Assembly (NCBI GenBank): GCA_038496445.1
Contig: JALMLS010000540.1
Span: forward strand, 1-64,000
Length of the DNA stretch: 64,000 nucleotides
DNA from: Trichosphaerium sp. ATCC 40318
Taxonomy: Eukaryota; Protista; Tubulinea
Direction of reading: 5' to 3'
A program made the position numbers and the translations under genes. The notes under the pieces were generated by a model, which saw only the letters and a list, made by a program, of their open reading frames with translations, had not been told where the DNA came from and ran no database searches. Positions 50,514 to 62,300 of this stretch are shown here, one piece after another; within the stretch, counting starts at the first letter, position 1; each line of letters opens with the position of its first letter.

Positions 50514-51870
50514 ATGACAACTAAAGATAGACTGAATATCGTGCCTACGCGCATGTACGTTTGTTATTTTTTTAATACATGGCACTATTAGTTCGGATGG
50601 AGTTGTTAGTGTCACTAGTAATTTACATCCGAGCGTTTTGTTATGTTTTTTTGATTTTTTTTGATTTGAGCCACTAAAGTGATTGAAGGGGCCTTCAAAT
50701 GCTTGAGGGTAAGTTTAAGGCAGCGAAGAAAGGTCATGGTTTGTTAAAGAAGAAAGCAGACGCTCTCACACTTCGTTTCAGAGCTATTTTAGCTAAGATT
50801 CATAAGGCACGTGTTTATGTTGCTGAAACGTGACTCTTTGCTGTATTTTTTTATTGTTTCGCTTCTTTTCACTAGAACTGCGTCAATCGCTAAGGTAACC
50901 TTGTTTAGAGAAAAGAAGAGATGGGTCCACTGATGAAGAGCGCTTCCTTCTCTATAACACAAGCGAAATTTGTTTCAGGCGAAAACATGCCGTACAAAGA
51001 CAGACAAAGTTCTAAACAGTTTTTGACTGTTTCTTTAGCGCTATGATCATTGAAGGAGTAGAATCAGCTTCCTATAAAGTAAAAATAGCCACTGAGAATA
51101 TCGTAGGAGTGCAGCTACCTGTGTTTGATTCTCTAATGACGAGTTCTGGAACAAGCAAGTTCTTTTTTTTTTTAAATTGATTACAGTTTCAACTTACGTA
51201 CTTTTTTTCATAGATAAGGACCTTCAGGGTCTTGGACAAGGTGGTCAAAAAATTAACAAATGTAGATCCGTATATGTCAAGACTCTAAAGGCTCTTGTTG
51301 AGCTTGCATCTCTACAAACTACTTTTTTAACACTCGATGAAGTAATCAAAGTAACAAATCGCCGTGTTAATGCAATTGAGTATGTAGTTCTACCAAGAAT
51401 TGAAAATACTATTGCTTATATTGTGAGCGAGTTAGATGAGATGGGTACTAAATTAATAATACACGTGTCAGCGATCAACATTATTCAAAAAAATTAGCTC
51501 ACTTTTTCCTTTTCTCTGATTTCCCCTAACCAAAAGGGATCGCGTTCTCACTTCTTTAATCGCTTATTGTCATTGTTGATTTTTACGTAACAGTGAAAAG
51601 ATGATTTTATTGAATAATGTTGCAATGAATTACATGTTTTTTTTGGTGTGACTAACTTGTTTTGTTACAACAGAACGTGAAGATTTCTTTCGATTGAAAA
51701 AAGTAAAAGATAAAAAAGTGGCCATGACAGCTGAAAAGCTTGCTGCAGCAAAAGAAAGAGGTACCACTATTTTACTTATATTAAACTCGTCACTTACAAT
51801 TATAAAAGCTTTGGAATATGATAATGACGCACCGAGCTTGCTCCAAGAGGAAGATGATGTCATTTTTTAG
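50514..51870 (+). CDS. ATP6V1D: V-type ATPase V1 subunit D
   Basis: RLNIVPTRM, GHGLLKKKADAL, ENIVGVQLPVF, GLGQGGQ, LVELASLQT, IKVTNRRVNAIEYV, ELDEMEREDFFRLKKVK. Confidence 0.97.
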
Positions 51871-52679
51871 ATAAGAAGAAATTGTCACGTTTTTGGAACA
51901 TTTTAATAAACGCTATGGATTTTTCTTCAAGCGTTTTGAGTGTTAAAACAAGTCACCAACTCATTGGCAGCGTCTTTCTTGTTCCAGCACCTTTGTGTTC
52001 TATTAAAAAAAACCCTTATTTCCGCCATTTGGTGTGCTTGGTAGTAGTACTTCATGAACCTTTAAGTACTTACAAAGTAGAAAATGTTAAGACCACATGA
52101 GCATTCTTCAAAGGTAAATTTTAAACAGAGGGATTATGGTAAGGAAGATGGCATAATTAGAAAATCTAGTTACTGATTAGTATTTGATGGTACGCTGCTG
52201 CGTCTTTGTTACGCTTATAAATGTTGGAGCTTCAAAAGCTATCTTCAATTGGTACAAGTCCGCGAAAGATAAACGACGTTACATGTTACAACAAGTTTTT
52301 TTTTACTTTTAAAACACGTGCCAAGTACGACACCTGGTCGTGGTTACAGCTTCTATTCATACTTACGGAGTACTTCTTACGAAAGTACAGTGCTGCTATT
52401 GGTGTACTTTTGTTGCAATTGCAGTATGCACAGTAGTCTACTTTATCAGGCGTATCAAGTTGTCTAATGAGTATACCACGATAAACACATGCATTTATTG
52501 GTTTCTACCCCACGTTAGTAGTCACGGTAAAAAATGACAATAGGGTGGTTTGAACCCTTGAAGCGAAGGAATAGCGCCGATGTACTGCCGCAGTGCTAAT
52601 TACAAGCCAAATGATTAACTTAGCTGTTCAAATAGCGTACGTTGTTTCTTTCGCAGTGAAATAGGTTTTACTGTCACTG

Positions 52680-53156
52680 TTAGATTATATTACAACGTCT
52701 TACCACCCTGTTTTCTTCTGGATGAGTATTAGGACTTGGTTCTTCTATTATTTCTTTTTTTGGCTCTGTACAACGCGCAGCGTTCTCTCTTTTGTCACTA
52801 TGGTGTACTACCTTGTTTTCTTCTGGTTCAGTACTCTGTTTTGATAGCTCTTCTTTTGTTTCTTTTTTTGGTTCGGTACAACCTTCAGTATTTTCTCTTT
52901 TGTCGCCATGGTGTACTGCCTTGCTGTCTTCTGGTTCATTAGTCGGTTTTGGTGGCTCTTCTTTAATAGTGTCTTGTTTTGGTCGTTCGGTACAACCTTT
53001 AGCGTTTTCTCTTCGTTTGCAGCAGTCATATATCTCGTAAGGGTCAAATAGATCATCGTCTATAAATCGCAATTCAGTAGAATCAAAATCACTTCTATCT
53101 ATCCTTGTTGTAATCAATTTCCCTGGGTGATATTTATCAGTGGTTGTTTGGCTCAT
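52680..53156 (-). CDS. Small intronless protein with an H-P-G...CC...GC putative zinc module, internal repeats and a CaaX end
   Basis: KYHPG...YDCCKRRENAKGCT; two degenerate copies of HHxDKREN...CTEPKKE; ends in CNII*. Confidence 0.65.
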   Translation of the reverse strand: MSQTTTDKYHPGKLITTRIDRSDFDSTELRFIDDDLFDPYEIYDCCKRRENAKGCTERPKQDTIKEEPPKPTNEPEDSKAVHHGDKRENTEGCTEPKKETKEELSKQSTEPEENKVVHHSDKRENAARCTEPKKEIIEEPSPNTHPEENRVVRRCNII

Positions 53157-53562
53157 TTTCGAAGTGCACAATACAAAAATAGAGCTCTGAAAGGCCCACT
53201 TAATCAAAAAAGTCAAATTCTGATGTAGCGTTACTGCCTTGCGAGATTGTACCTTATGGTATGAATTTAGCCTGTTAGCCGAATACAAAACTTGGCCTAA
53301 CTAGAGTGGTAATGTATCACGTGTGCCTTACTGTACCAATTGTCAATCTGTTAGGAAGCTTGTCGATAAACTCAAACTGATGAGATTCCCTCTACATATA
53401 TAATAGTACGTATTTGATATAAAAATTGATTTTGATACAACATACTTCACAACAGTCCTTGAACGTATTAAACCAGTGAATAAATTTTGGGGTGAAATGT
53501 ATCCTTACTCTTTTATTAAACGAAACAAGTTGTTGTTACAATAAAGGATAGGAACTAGTCAG

Positions 53563-55878
53563 TTAAGCTGTTACAAAGTAGCCTGCGTTTTCAAGCACGC
53601 CAATCTTTACACTGTCAGCCGCGAAAGTATCTCCAACAGTAACAAGATTAATTTGATTCGAAGTTTGTATCACATCAGTACCATTTGTGTAAATGACCGG
53701 CCATCTAAGGAAGAGAAAAAAATAAGAAAAAACCCTCAACAATGTATTTTTGTAAAAATTGAAACGTTCTGTACCCTCCAATGTCAAAGAACACGCCAGC
53801 TGAAGATGCTATCACATGGAGATCAAATGAAGTTCTAGGAACGAAGACAGTGAACGGAAAAGGGTCTTGAAGTAAGATACTTCTAATTCGTCTAAGGCTT
53901 TGTCGTGCAGCATGATAAGCAAAGCTGATGCCTTGAAGTGATTCAAAAATGCCACTAGACGCATCTATTATGATGACACCGAGTGTTTCAGAGACCACAG
54001 GTCTTGTTACATCACCTCCAACATGTTTGCCAACATATATGTCGTGTTCATCTGGTGGTCCCTCAGGGATAAAATTGGATGCCCAAAATACACTCCAACC
54101 ATCATTGTTAGTCACAACTTGACCCAAAACAACAGGCTCAATGTAAAAACGTGTACTGATTCTATCTCTGTTATTGAACCAATTACCGGACGAAGCTGTT
54201 TTGGTTGACAAGAATGTAAACGCTTCCATTTTGATACCATGCGTTCCCTAAAAAAAAAGTATAAGTACTTTCTATTGTTATAAAGTAAGTGCGTACAAAA
54301 TCATATACACCAGCTTCTACGATAATACAGTGGACATTTGTATCAGGTAATGAACCACCTGTTCCTGCCACTTGTACTTTGACATTGAGTCCATTTAGAC
54401 CTTGTTGATCAACACGAACAATGCGTGGAATACCGTCAATATACTCTGGTGTACACACGGCAACCTGGTTTAAAAAATGAGTTTAATTGTGCAAAGTATG
54501 TTAAAGAGTACTAACCATTTCAACGTAATTGTACGGCGTGACAAATAACGTCCATTGTGCTCCTACTGTACCTCTGAACTCATAGTATTTAATTGGTTGT
54601 AATGGTCGAGTTGGCGGAGTGCCAACAGGACAGTGCTCCACAGGGAACTCTACAGCTGATGTACTATCGTCTACATGGTAGGTTATTGTGTAAGGTTCTT
54701 TGTCTAGTATTCTTTTTGATTTACAAACGTACCTCCGTGAACAATAACTGTTTTACCAATCCCAACAGCATAATCAACAATATCAAACTTAACGTCGTCT
54801 ATTTCAATTTGTCCAAAAGGTACTATATACTCGAGACTGAAAAAAGTTATATCTGCTGTTGATTGAGAATCTTCTCCAACGAGTTGACCGTTTATGTAAC
54901 ATCTCAGTGTTTGAGACTAAAAACCATTTCATTACTTTATGTCGTTCATGAAAAATACTGTTGACTTACTTTTACACGCTCAATCACTATTGTATTCCAC
55001 AGTTGAAACTCGGCAATACTAATAGTAGTTGTGTTTGATGAAACAGAGCCTCTGGTATCTATTTGAACCGTTGTAGACGTCGATAATGTAAATGTTATGT
55101 CGGAACTACTACCCAACCTGACTCTGAAGAAGCTGCCCACAATGCCAACTAGTAGTAATAAGCCTTTGTTAAGCAAACGCTAACAGAAGGAACGGCATGA
55201 AATACACGTACATAGACTTGTCGCACGTATTTTAAAGGAAACCAACGTTCTAGGGGCATTTATATTTAGACTTGATCCGAAGAAAAGTTCGAAGGTGGAC
55301 AGAGAGTTTGTTGCTCCAACAGCAAGGTATTTATTGCTTCCATCCATCACTATTTCTGCTGTTGCCTCACCAAAAGCACCAGAGCCAACAGTCATGCCAT
55401 TAAAGTCATTTGTCAAAGACGGAACAAGCCTTCTTTTGTTTGGTATGCTATCATCCGACGATGACGATAATGACCGTTTACAGTTGCTGGTGTATTCCTA
55501 TTACTTGTTAGAACGCAACGTTAAAATCCAAACAAAACAAAAGGGGAAACCTACAATGACAACAGGATAAGTTTGTCCTCCATCAACTGTGAAAGAAGCA
55601 TCGCCGTTGCTATCTAAAACATAGAGTTAAACAAAGCTATCAAGTCTTTATACTGTACCTGTTAATGAGGTTTGTTCATTTGCATCACAAATACCATCGA
55701 CGACAGCATTGTCAATACAAACTTGAACACCAGTGAGACCTTGTTCTCCAGAGTTTTGTATGAGATCATTGTTGACATCGTTGAAGACAGTGACATCAAT
55801 AGTGGCGCTGTAAGCGCCATAAGAGAGTGCTATCAATACAATACATGCTATAGTAATAGTTGATATTCCTTTCAACAT
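53563..55878 (-). CDS. Secreted multidomain protein with an N-terminal SdrD-B/Cna-like domain and bacterial-type beta domains (multi-exon)
   Basis: Signal peptide MLKGISTITIACIVLIALSYGAYS; VFNDVNNDLIQNSGEQGLTGVQVCID (SdrD-B-like); C-terminal PVVLGQVVTNNDGWSVFW...YVGKHVG...ETLGVIII. Confidence 0.75.
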
Positions 55879-56137
55879 AGTTGAGGTGCTATCTCTGTAC
55901 GATGAGTTAGTTTTGCAATACAAGCATTTAAGGAAGACTCCATAATTTAACGAGTTATAAAAATGATTCAATGAACACTTAGTCAAACACAAAGTCTCAC
56001 AAACCAGCCAAGCATTAATACAACAATTCTGTGGTTTATCTTTAATGCTTGCCATAAAACCGTTCACATTTATTTTAAAAAAATCTTGTTTGAGGTTGTT
56101 CTTACCAACTATCCACTATCAGCTAGCATGTTGTTAC

Positions 56138-56295
56138 TGTAAGGTGGAAATCAATCAGAAGTCAATCTACAGGAATCATATTGACGTTCAACCAATCATT
56201 CACAGAATACCCACTTAATGTACACGGTCCTTAAGACCATAATAAATAGTATACAACAGCTACACAACAACTCTTGACTACCTTACCCTCTTACA
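56138..56295 (+). repeat. 5' LTR
   Basis: Identical by eye to 62829-62986; TG...CA ends; contains AATAAA. Confidence 0.97.
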
Positions 56296-56297
56296 TT

Positions 56298-56313
56298 TGG
56301 CGACACGCAGCAG
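56298..56313 (+). other. Primer-binding site (possibly for tRNA-Ser)
   Basis: TGGCGACACGCAGCAG lies 2 nt after the LTR; its complement ends in GTGTCG-CCA like a tRNA 3' end. The isotype is a guess. Confidence 0.75.
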
Positions 56314-56383
56314 TCTTTTGAATTTGAAATAACAGAAGAAAGATTAACAAGTACGAACAAGAATTCTAGATCAATCAACAGTG

Positions 56384-59300
56384 ATGACAACAAATAACGG
56401 CGAGATGGATGAGACCTTGAGAGATGACGAAGATAACGAACGGGGGCATACGAGTGTGACGAACCAACAGACAGGCGACGATAGACTACCACCGCATTTG
56501 AACAAAAGTTTAGAACAATTAATTAACGATGGTAGTGAACGCGCTAGGATGAAACAAAATGCACCGACACCGACCTACGGAGAAGAGAGCGATAGCGAGG
56601 ATGCGAGCGATGAGGATGGTGGCGATGATGGCGCTATTGGCGGTTTTACAGAACAGAAAGACGCCCAAGACGAAAACCAACATCAGGGTTTCACGGCTGA
56701 TGAACTTATGGATCAATCATCCCAACTATTTATCGATCAGTTGGAAGTTCGGCGTAAGAAATTGGAGAAACAGATGAGTAGACTGAAGAAACGGATCACC
56801 AAGGAGAAGAAGAAGAGAAAAGCTCCCACGGCAACATCAACGCCAGCGAAAAAACGCAAGACTGGATCCAAAGGACTTGCGGTTTCTTCACCGCTCCCAG
56901 AAGTATTGGTGGCTGATAAAGAACCACCTTCGAGTGATGATAGCTCAGATAACGAGGAAGATAACAGTTCCCAAGTTTCAAAGAAAAAATCAATCACTCG
57001 AAAACGAGAAGTTATTGGTGCAGATATCGATTCAGAGGAATCGAGTGATGAAGAGGTGGAACAACTACCTATGAGACGGCACATGGAAACCATCGATGAG
57101 AGTAGATGCACCAAAACGGAGAGACAGGCGATTTACAACTTCTTACCGCACGGAGTAAAAGGAACGGATGGAAATTGTATTGGCAATGACTGGCACAACT
57201 GCAAAGGGAAGTTAGCAAGTATTGGCAATATCGCTGGATCGTTTCCGAGTTTTGGTGATGGAAAACTGACAACTGTTGCGCTGAATGATTACTTGGTGGG
57301 AGTGCAACATCTTGCGAACGGTTTCAATCTGGGGAAACGTGGTTACATTTTTGCTTTACGAGTCTTGGCCAAAGGGAAGGTTAACGAGCTTCTGAGCGAA
57401 GATAAATACACCTTCGACCCAGTGGCAGCGGTTTTGGCGCTCATTAGAGCATACAGCCCTAGATTGCAACGGAAACAAGCACGTATCCTACTGGAGGACC
57501 TCAAACAGACGAAAGACCAAAACATTGAGGAATATAGAGCGTTAGTAGATAAATACGCTAGATTAGCTCAGGTTTCGCGGAAAAAGCAACACAATGAGTT
57601 CTACAGGGGGTTATTGTCAGTAATCAGGCTCAAATTGGAAGCTAAGTTCGGAGATAATTCAGATAAGTACAACTTTGAGAAAGTACTCAAGTTTATTACG
57701 GAAGTGGAAGAGACGAGGAAAGTTAAAGTATTCGCTAAGGACAGGGACAATCGCAGAGGAGAGAATCAAGAAATTAATGTGATAAGAACTGGAGGAAGAC
57801 CAAAGAAAAGGAAAAGAAATGATGACAACAACCGAGGAAATGAAGAAAGAAGACCGTATAAGAAACAACAGTACGGAGGAGGAAGAACGGACAAGAAGGA
57901 GTACTACCGTAACAACAGAGACGGTCAGGACAGATCTTCTTACAACCCTGCTCGGCGTTATCAAGATAGAAGCAACCGACGTTACTATGAACGCAATCAA
58001 GGATATCAAAGGAATGGAGGAAGAAGAGGAGATAACAACTGGAGAAGGAATGGATTGGAACAGAAGAGCAGAGCTGGAGGCACATGCAGAGATATGGACG
58101 TAGTATGCAGTAGATGTAAGGGATACTTCCATACTGCAAGAGAATGTCCTGTAAGAAGAGAGGATGTATTCGTTGCCGACGATCGTAGGCACTCAAATAA
58201 AAGTATTTGGAGTGGTTCCAACTATAATGTTGTACGTTTTGCTTCTGGTCCTGAGGGTTTTATCAACAGGTTTGAATCACGAGAACAAGCCAAACTCACA
58301 AAGACACAAATACAAAGTATAAATAATATTGTGAATGAGAGACAACCTATCCTCAAATCCAAACGAGACTTTGATGTTCGAGAACGTAAAGGAACATTCA
58401 ACAATGAACTGAAGTACACAAAAGTATTAAATGAAGAGTCGGTGAGTTCAATAGATAAATCTAAGTATAATTTCTCGGTTACTACCACAACGACTAAGGT
58501 GGGTAAAGTAAAAATGATTAAGACAGTACTGGACTCAGGAGCAACGTGCAGTATCATCGATTATAGTTTATTACAAAAATTGGGGAAGCGAGGAAGAATA
58601 TTTAAGGATCATCATCAACCAGTATATACTGCGAACAACACAGAGCTTAACGTAATTGGAACTACGACAGTACCAGTGACGATAGGAACATACAAGAAGA
58701 ATGTGTTATGCTTTGTGGTTAAGAACTTCAGATATCCGCTATTATTGGGAACGAATATGATGAAGAGTTTTGGTTTATCATTATTATTTGATAAAGAAGT
58801 GGTGAGGAATAAGATTGGAGAAGATATCAGAATGTCGTGTACAAGAGAGAGAACAGATATGTCAGATGCGGCAAATGTTATTACAGGTAATCGAATAAAG
58901 ATACCTAAACATTCACAAGTCACATTCTGGGCAAATCTGTCATCACCAGTATCGTTCAAAGAAGGGATAGTAGAATCACACAAAACAGAAGAGTTCGATG
59001 GACATAGTTATTTATTGAAACGATTCGGAATACAACTGGCTCGAACATGTGGTACTGTGATAAAGAAAAGAGCAGTACCCATACAAGTAATGAACATGTC
59101 GAATAAGGCTAAATTCATACCTTCACAATGTAATTTAGCCAAGTTCACGCCATTGACGGATGAAGATGAAGTTTCGGCATTGGATATTGACTATTCAGAG
59201 GAAATAAAGAAGATGAAAACGGAAGCTAAAAACGTGACAAATGAAGACATCGCACGTGCTAAGACGATGTTTAAAATGGAAGGTTCCAAACTCACAGATG

Positions 59301-62300
59301 AACAAAAAGAACAAGCGTATAAATTTATGGCTGGATATATCGATAGATTCACATCAAAACTATCAAAACCAGCTAGAGCTAAAGGGACGAAACACTATAT
59401 AGAAACAGATGGAGCTAAGCCGATTCACATTCCATATAGACCATTAAATCCACACAAAAGAGCTATCGTTAGAGAAGAACTAGAGAAGATGTTAGAACAG
59501 GGAGTGATTCAACCATCTAAATCACAATGGTCGGCTCCAGTAGTTCTAGTTAAGAAAAAAGATGGAACCTGGAGATTTTGCATTGATTATCGTGCTCTAA
59601 ACAAAATCACTAAAAAGGATGTACATCCACTGCCTAGGGTTACAGAGTTATTAGAAGCACTAGCAAGAGCAAAATATTTCAGCCTGTTTGACGCTATCTC
59701 TGGTTATTGGCAGATAATGATGGATAAAGCAAGTCGACCTAAGACAGCATTTGCAACTCCATGGGGATTGTATGAATGGCTGGGGATGCCCTTCGGTTTG
59801 AAAAATGCACAGGCTACGTTCCAAAGGCAAATGAACTTGATGTTGTCCGGACTATTGTGGCAGACGTGCCTCTGTTATGTTGACGATATCATAGTGTTCA
59901 GTCAGAGCTTTGAAGAGCACTTAGTGCATCTTAAGCTCATGTTTGACCGCCTGGAAGAGCATAATGTTATGCTTAAAGCCTCGAAGACTGTGCTTTTTAA
60001 AGATGAGGTAGAGTTCTTGGGTCATGTAGTATCTGCAAACGGAATAGCAACTAACCCAAGGATCATCAAGACTATTGATGAAGCACCGCCTCCTACCAAC
60101 ATCACCGAGCTAGAACGTTTCTTGGGCATCACCGGCTACTACAGACGCTTCGTACCGAATTACGCACAATGGGCACATCCGTTGAATCAACTTAAACGAA
60201 AAGATAGAATATGGAGTTGGACATCAACCGAGCAGAAAGCATACGAGAAATTGAAGGAATTATTGATCTCGCCACCAATCTTACGACATCCGGATTTCAC
60301 ATTACCATTTGAAATCCACGTAGACGCCTCAAAGGTCGCAGCAGGTGCTACATTAGTTCAAAAAGTGGATGGTAAGGAACACGTGGTGGCATACTTCAGC
60401 AAAACCTTCAATGCGGCTCAACAGAACTACTCCACTATCGAGAGAGAGACTTTAGGAATTATTCTAGCGATTAAAGAATTTGCAGGATATATCTCCTTCT
60501 CTCAGTTTAAAATGATTGTTTATACGGACCATAAACCACTGGAATATATCCAGAATCTAACAAATCCAAGAGCCTTGGTGGCATATTGGTTACTTGAATT
60601 ACAGAATTACGATTTCAAACTGGTATATAAACCCGGTAAAAAGCACTTAGATGCTGATGCGCTTACGCGTCCTCCTCTGGCCAGGGTGAGTAACACAACA
60701 AGTACGAATAGAATACAGGATAAAGGTCAGAATCAATTATTTGTACTCACGGACGGGACATATGATGGTACAATAGAAGAAGAGAAAGCAGTAACAAAGA
60801 GAAATGAATTTACGAAATGGAGACCAACTATTAACGAGATGAAAGATAAGTTAGCACCAATAGATTGGAGTGCTGCACAAAGAGAAGATGGAGAAGCGTC
60901 GGCATATATTTTATTTCTTACACAAGGAAGAATACCTCATTGGGTACAGAAGCAATACGGATTCAGGAAGAGCATATTTATAACCAAGGCGAAAGTATTA
61001 CGATACGATGAGAATACACATATTCTTTACCACGTGAATAACAATATATCTCAGATAAACATGGAGAAAAGTCGATTGCAGATATTCGTACCTCAAGCAT
61101 TACAAAACTTCGTGATGAGATCATGTCATGATATGCCATTTGCGGGGCATTTCGGTTTTATTAAGACGTACGATAGAGTGTCACGAAGATTCTATTGGCC
61201 ACAAATGTACTCAGATATAAAAGAGTGGTGTGATTCTTGCAAGAGATGTCAGAAAGCAAAAACACCTCGCCAACCAAAAGGAGGATTTGCTGTTTCTTTC
61301 CCAATATTAGAGCCGATGGAACTAATAGCAATGGATATCGTAGGTCCATTACCTACAACAGCGAGAGGTTACAAATATCTATTGGTGATCACGGATCACT
61401 TCACGAAATGGACTGACGCATATCCATTAGTCAGTCATCACGCTACTGATGTTGCGCTAATCTTTATCAAAGAATTTTGTTTTAGATATGGATTACCTAA
61501 ACAAGTCTTAACAGATCAAGGAAGAGATTTCACGGGTAAGTTCATGAATAGAGTATATGAGACGTTATATATCAAACCATCAAGAACAACAGCATTTCAC
61601 CCTCAGACGGATGGACAAACAGAGAGATTTAATCATACGATAGTAGAAATACTGAAATCATTTGTGAATGAGAACCAGAATGATTGGGATTATTGGATAC
61701 CATACGCTTTATATGCGTATAGAACAGCAATACATCATTCTACAAAGTATTCTCCATTCGCTTTGATGTTCGGTAGAGAACCGAGATTACCTATTGACAT
61801 GATCACGGAGGAGAAAGTTCAGATACCAGATAAATATAACATGTCACATTGGGCGGAGATTTTAGCACATAGGCTAAGACATGCTTATCAAATAGCGAAG
61901 AAACACATATTGAAATCAAAGAAGGATCAGGCACGATATTATAACAAACGGAGACGATGGGTAAACTACAAAGAAGGACAACTAGTATGGTTGAGTGTAC
62001 CGTATAAAAAAGAGAAACACGGTAAATTCACATGTAAATGGAGAGGACCATATGAGATATTAAAACTAGTCGGAAGAAATACGGTACTACTCAAACTACC
62101 TGAAGATAGTCAGATGAGCCGCGTTATAAACGTAGAAAGGATGAAACCATTCATAGACTCCTTTCTAAGACCAGAAGACTATGTAGACGAAAATTATGAG
62201 AAATTTGAAGATGAGGATGGAGAGATACGAGTAGTAGGAGATGAGGATTACATACCCGACAGAAAGAAAGACGACAAAGAGGAAGAAATAAAGAAAGATA

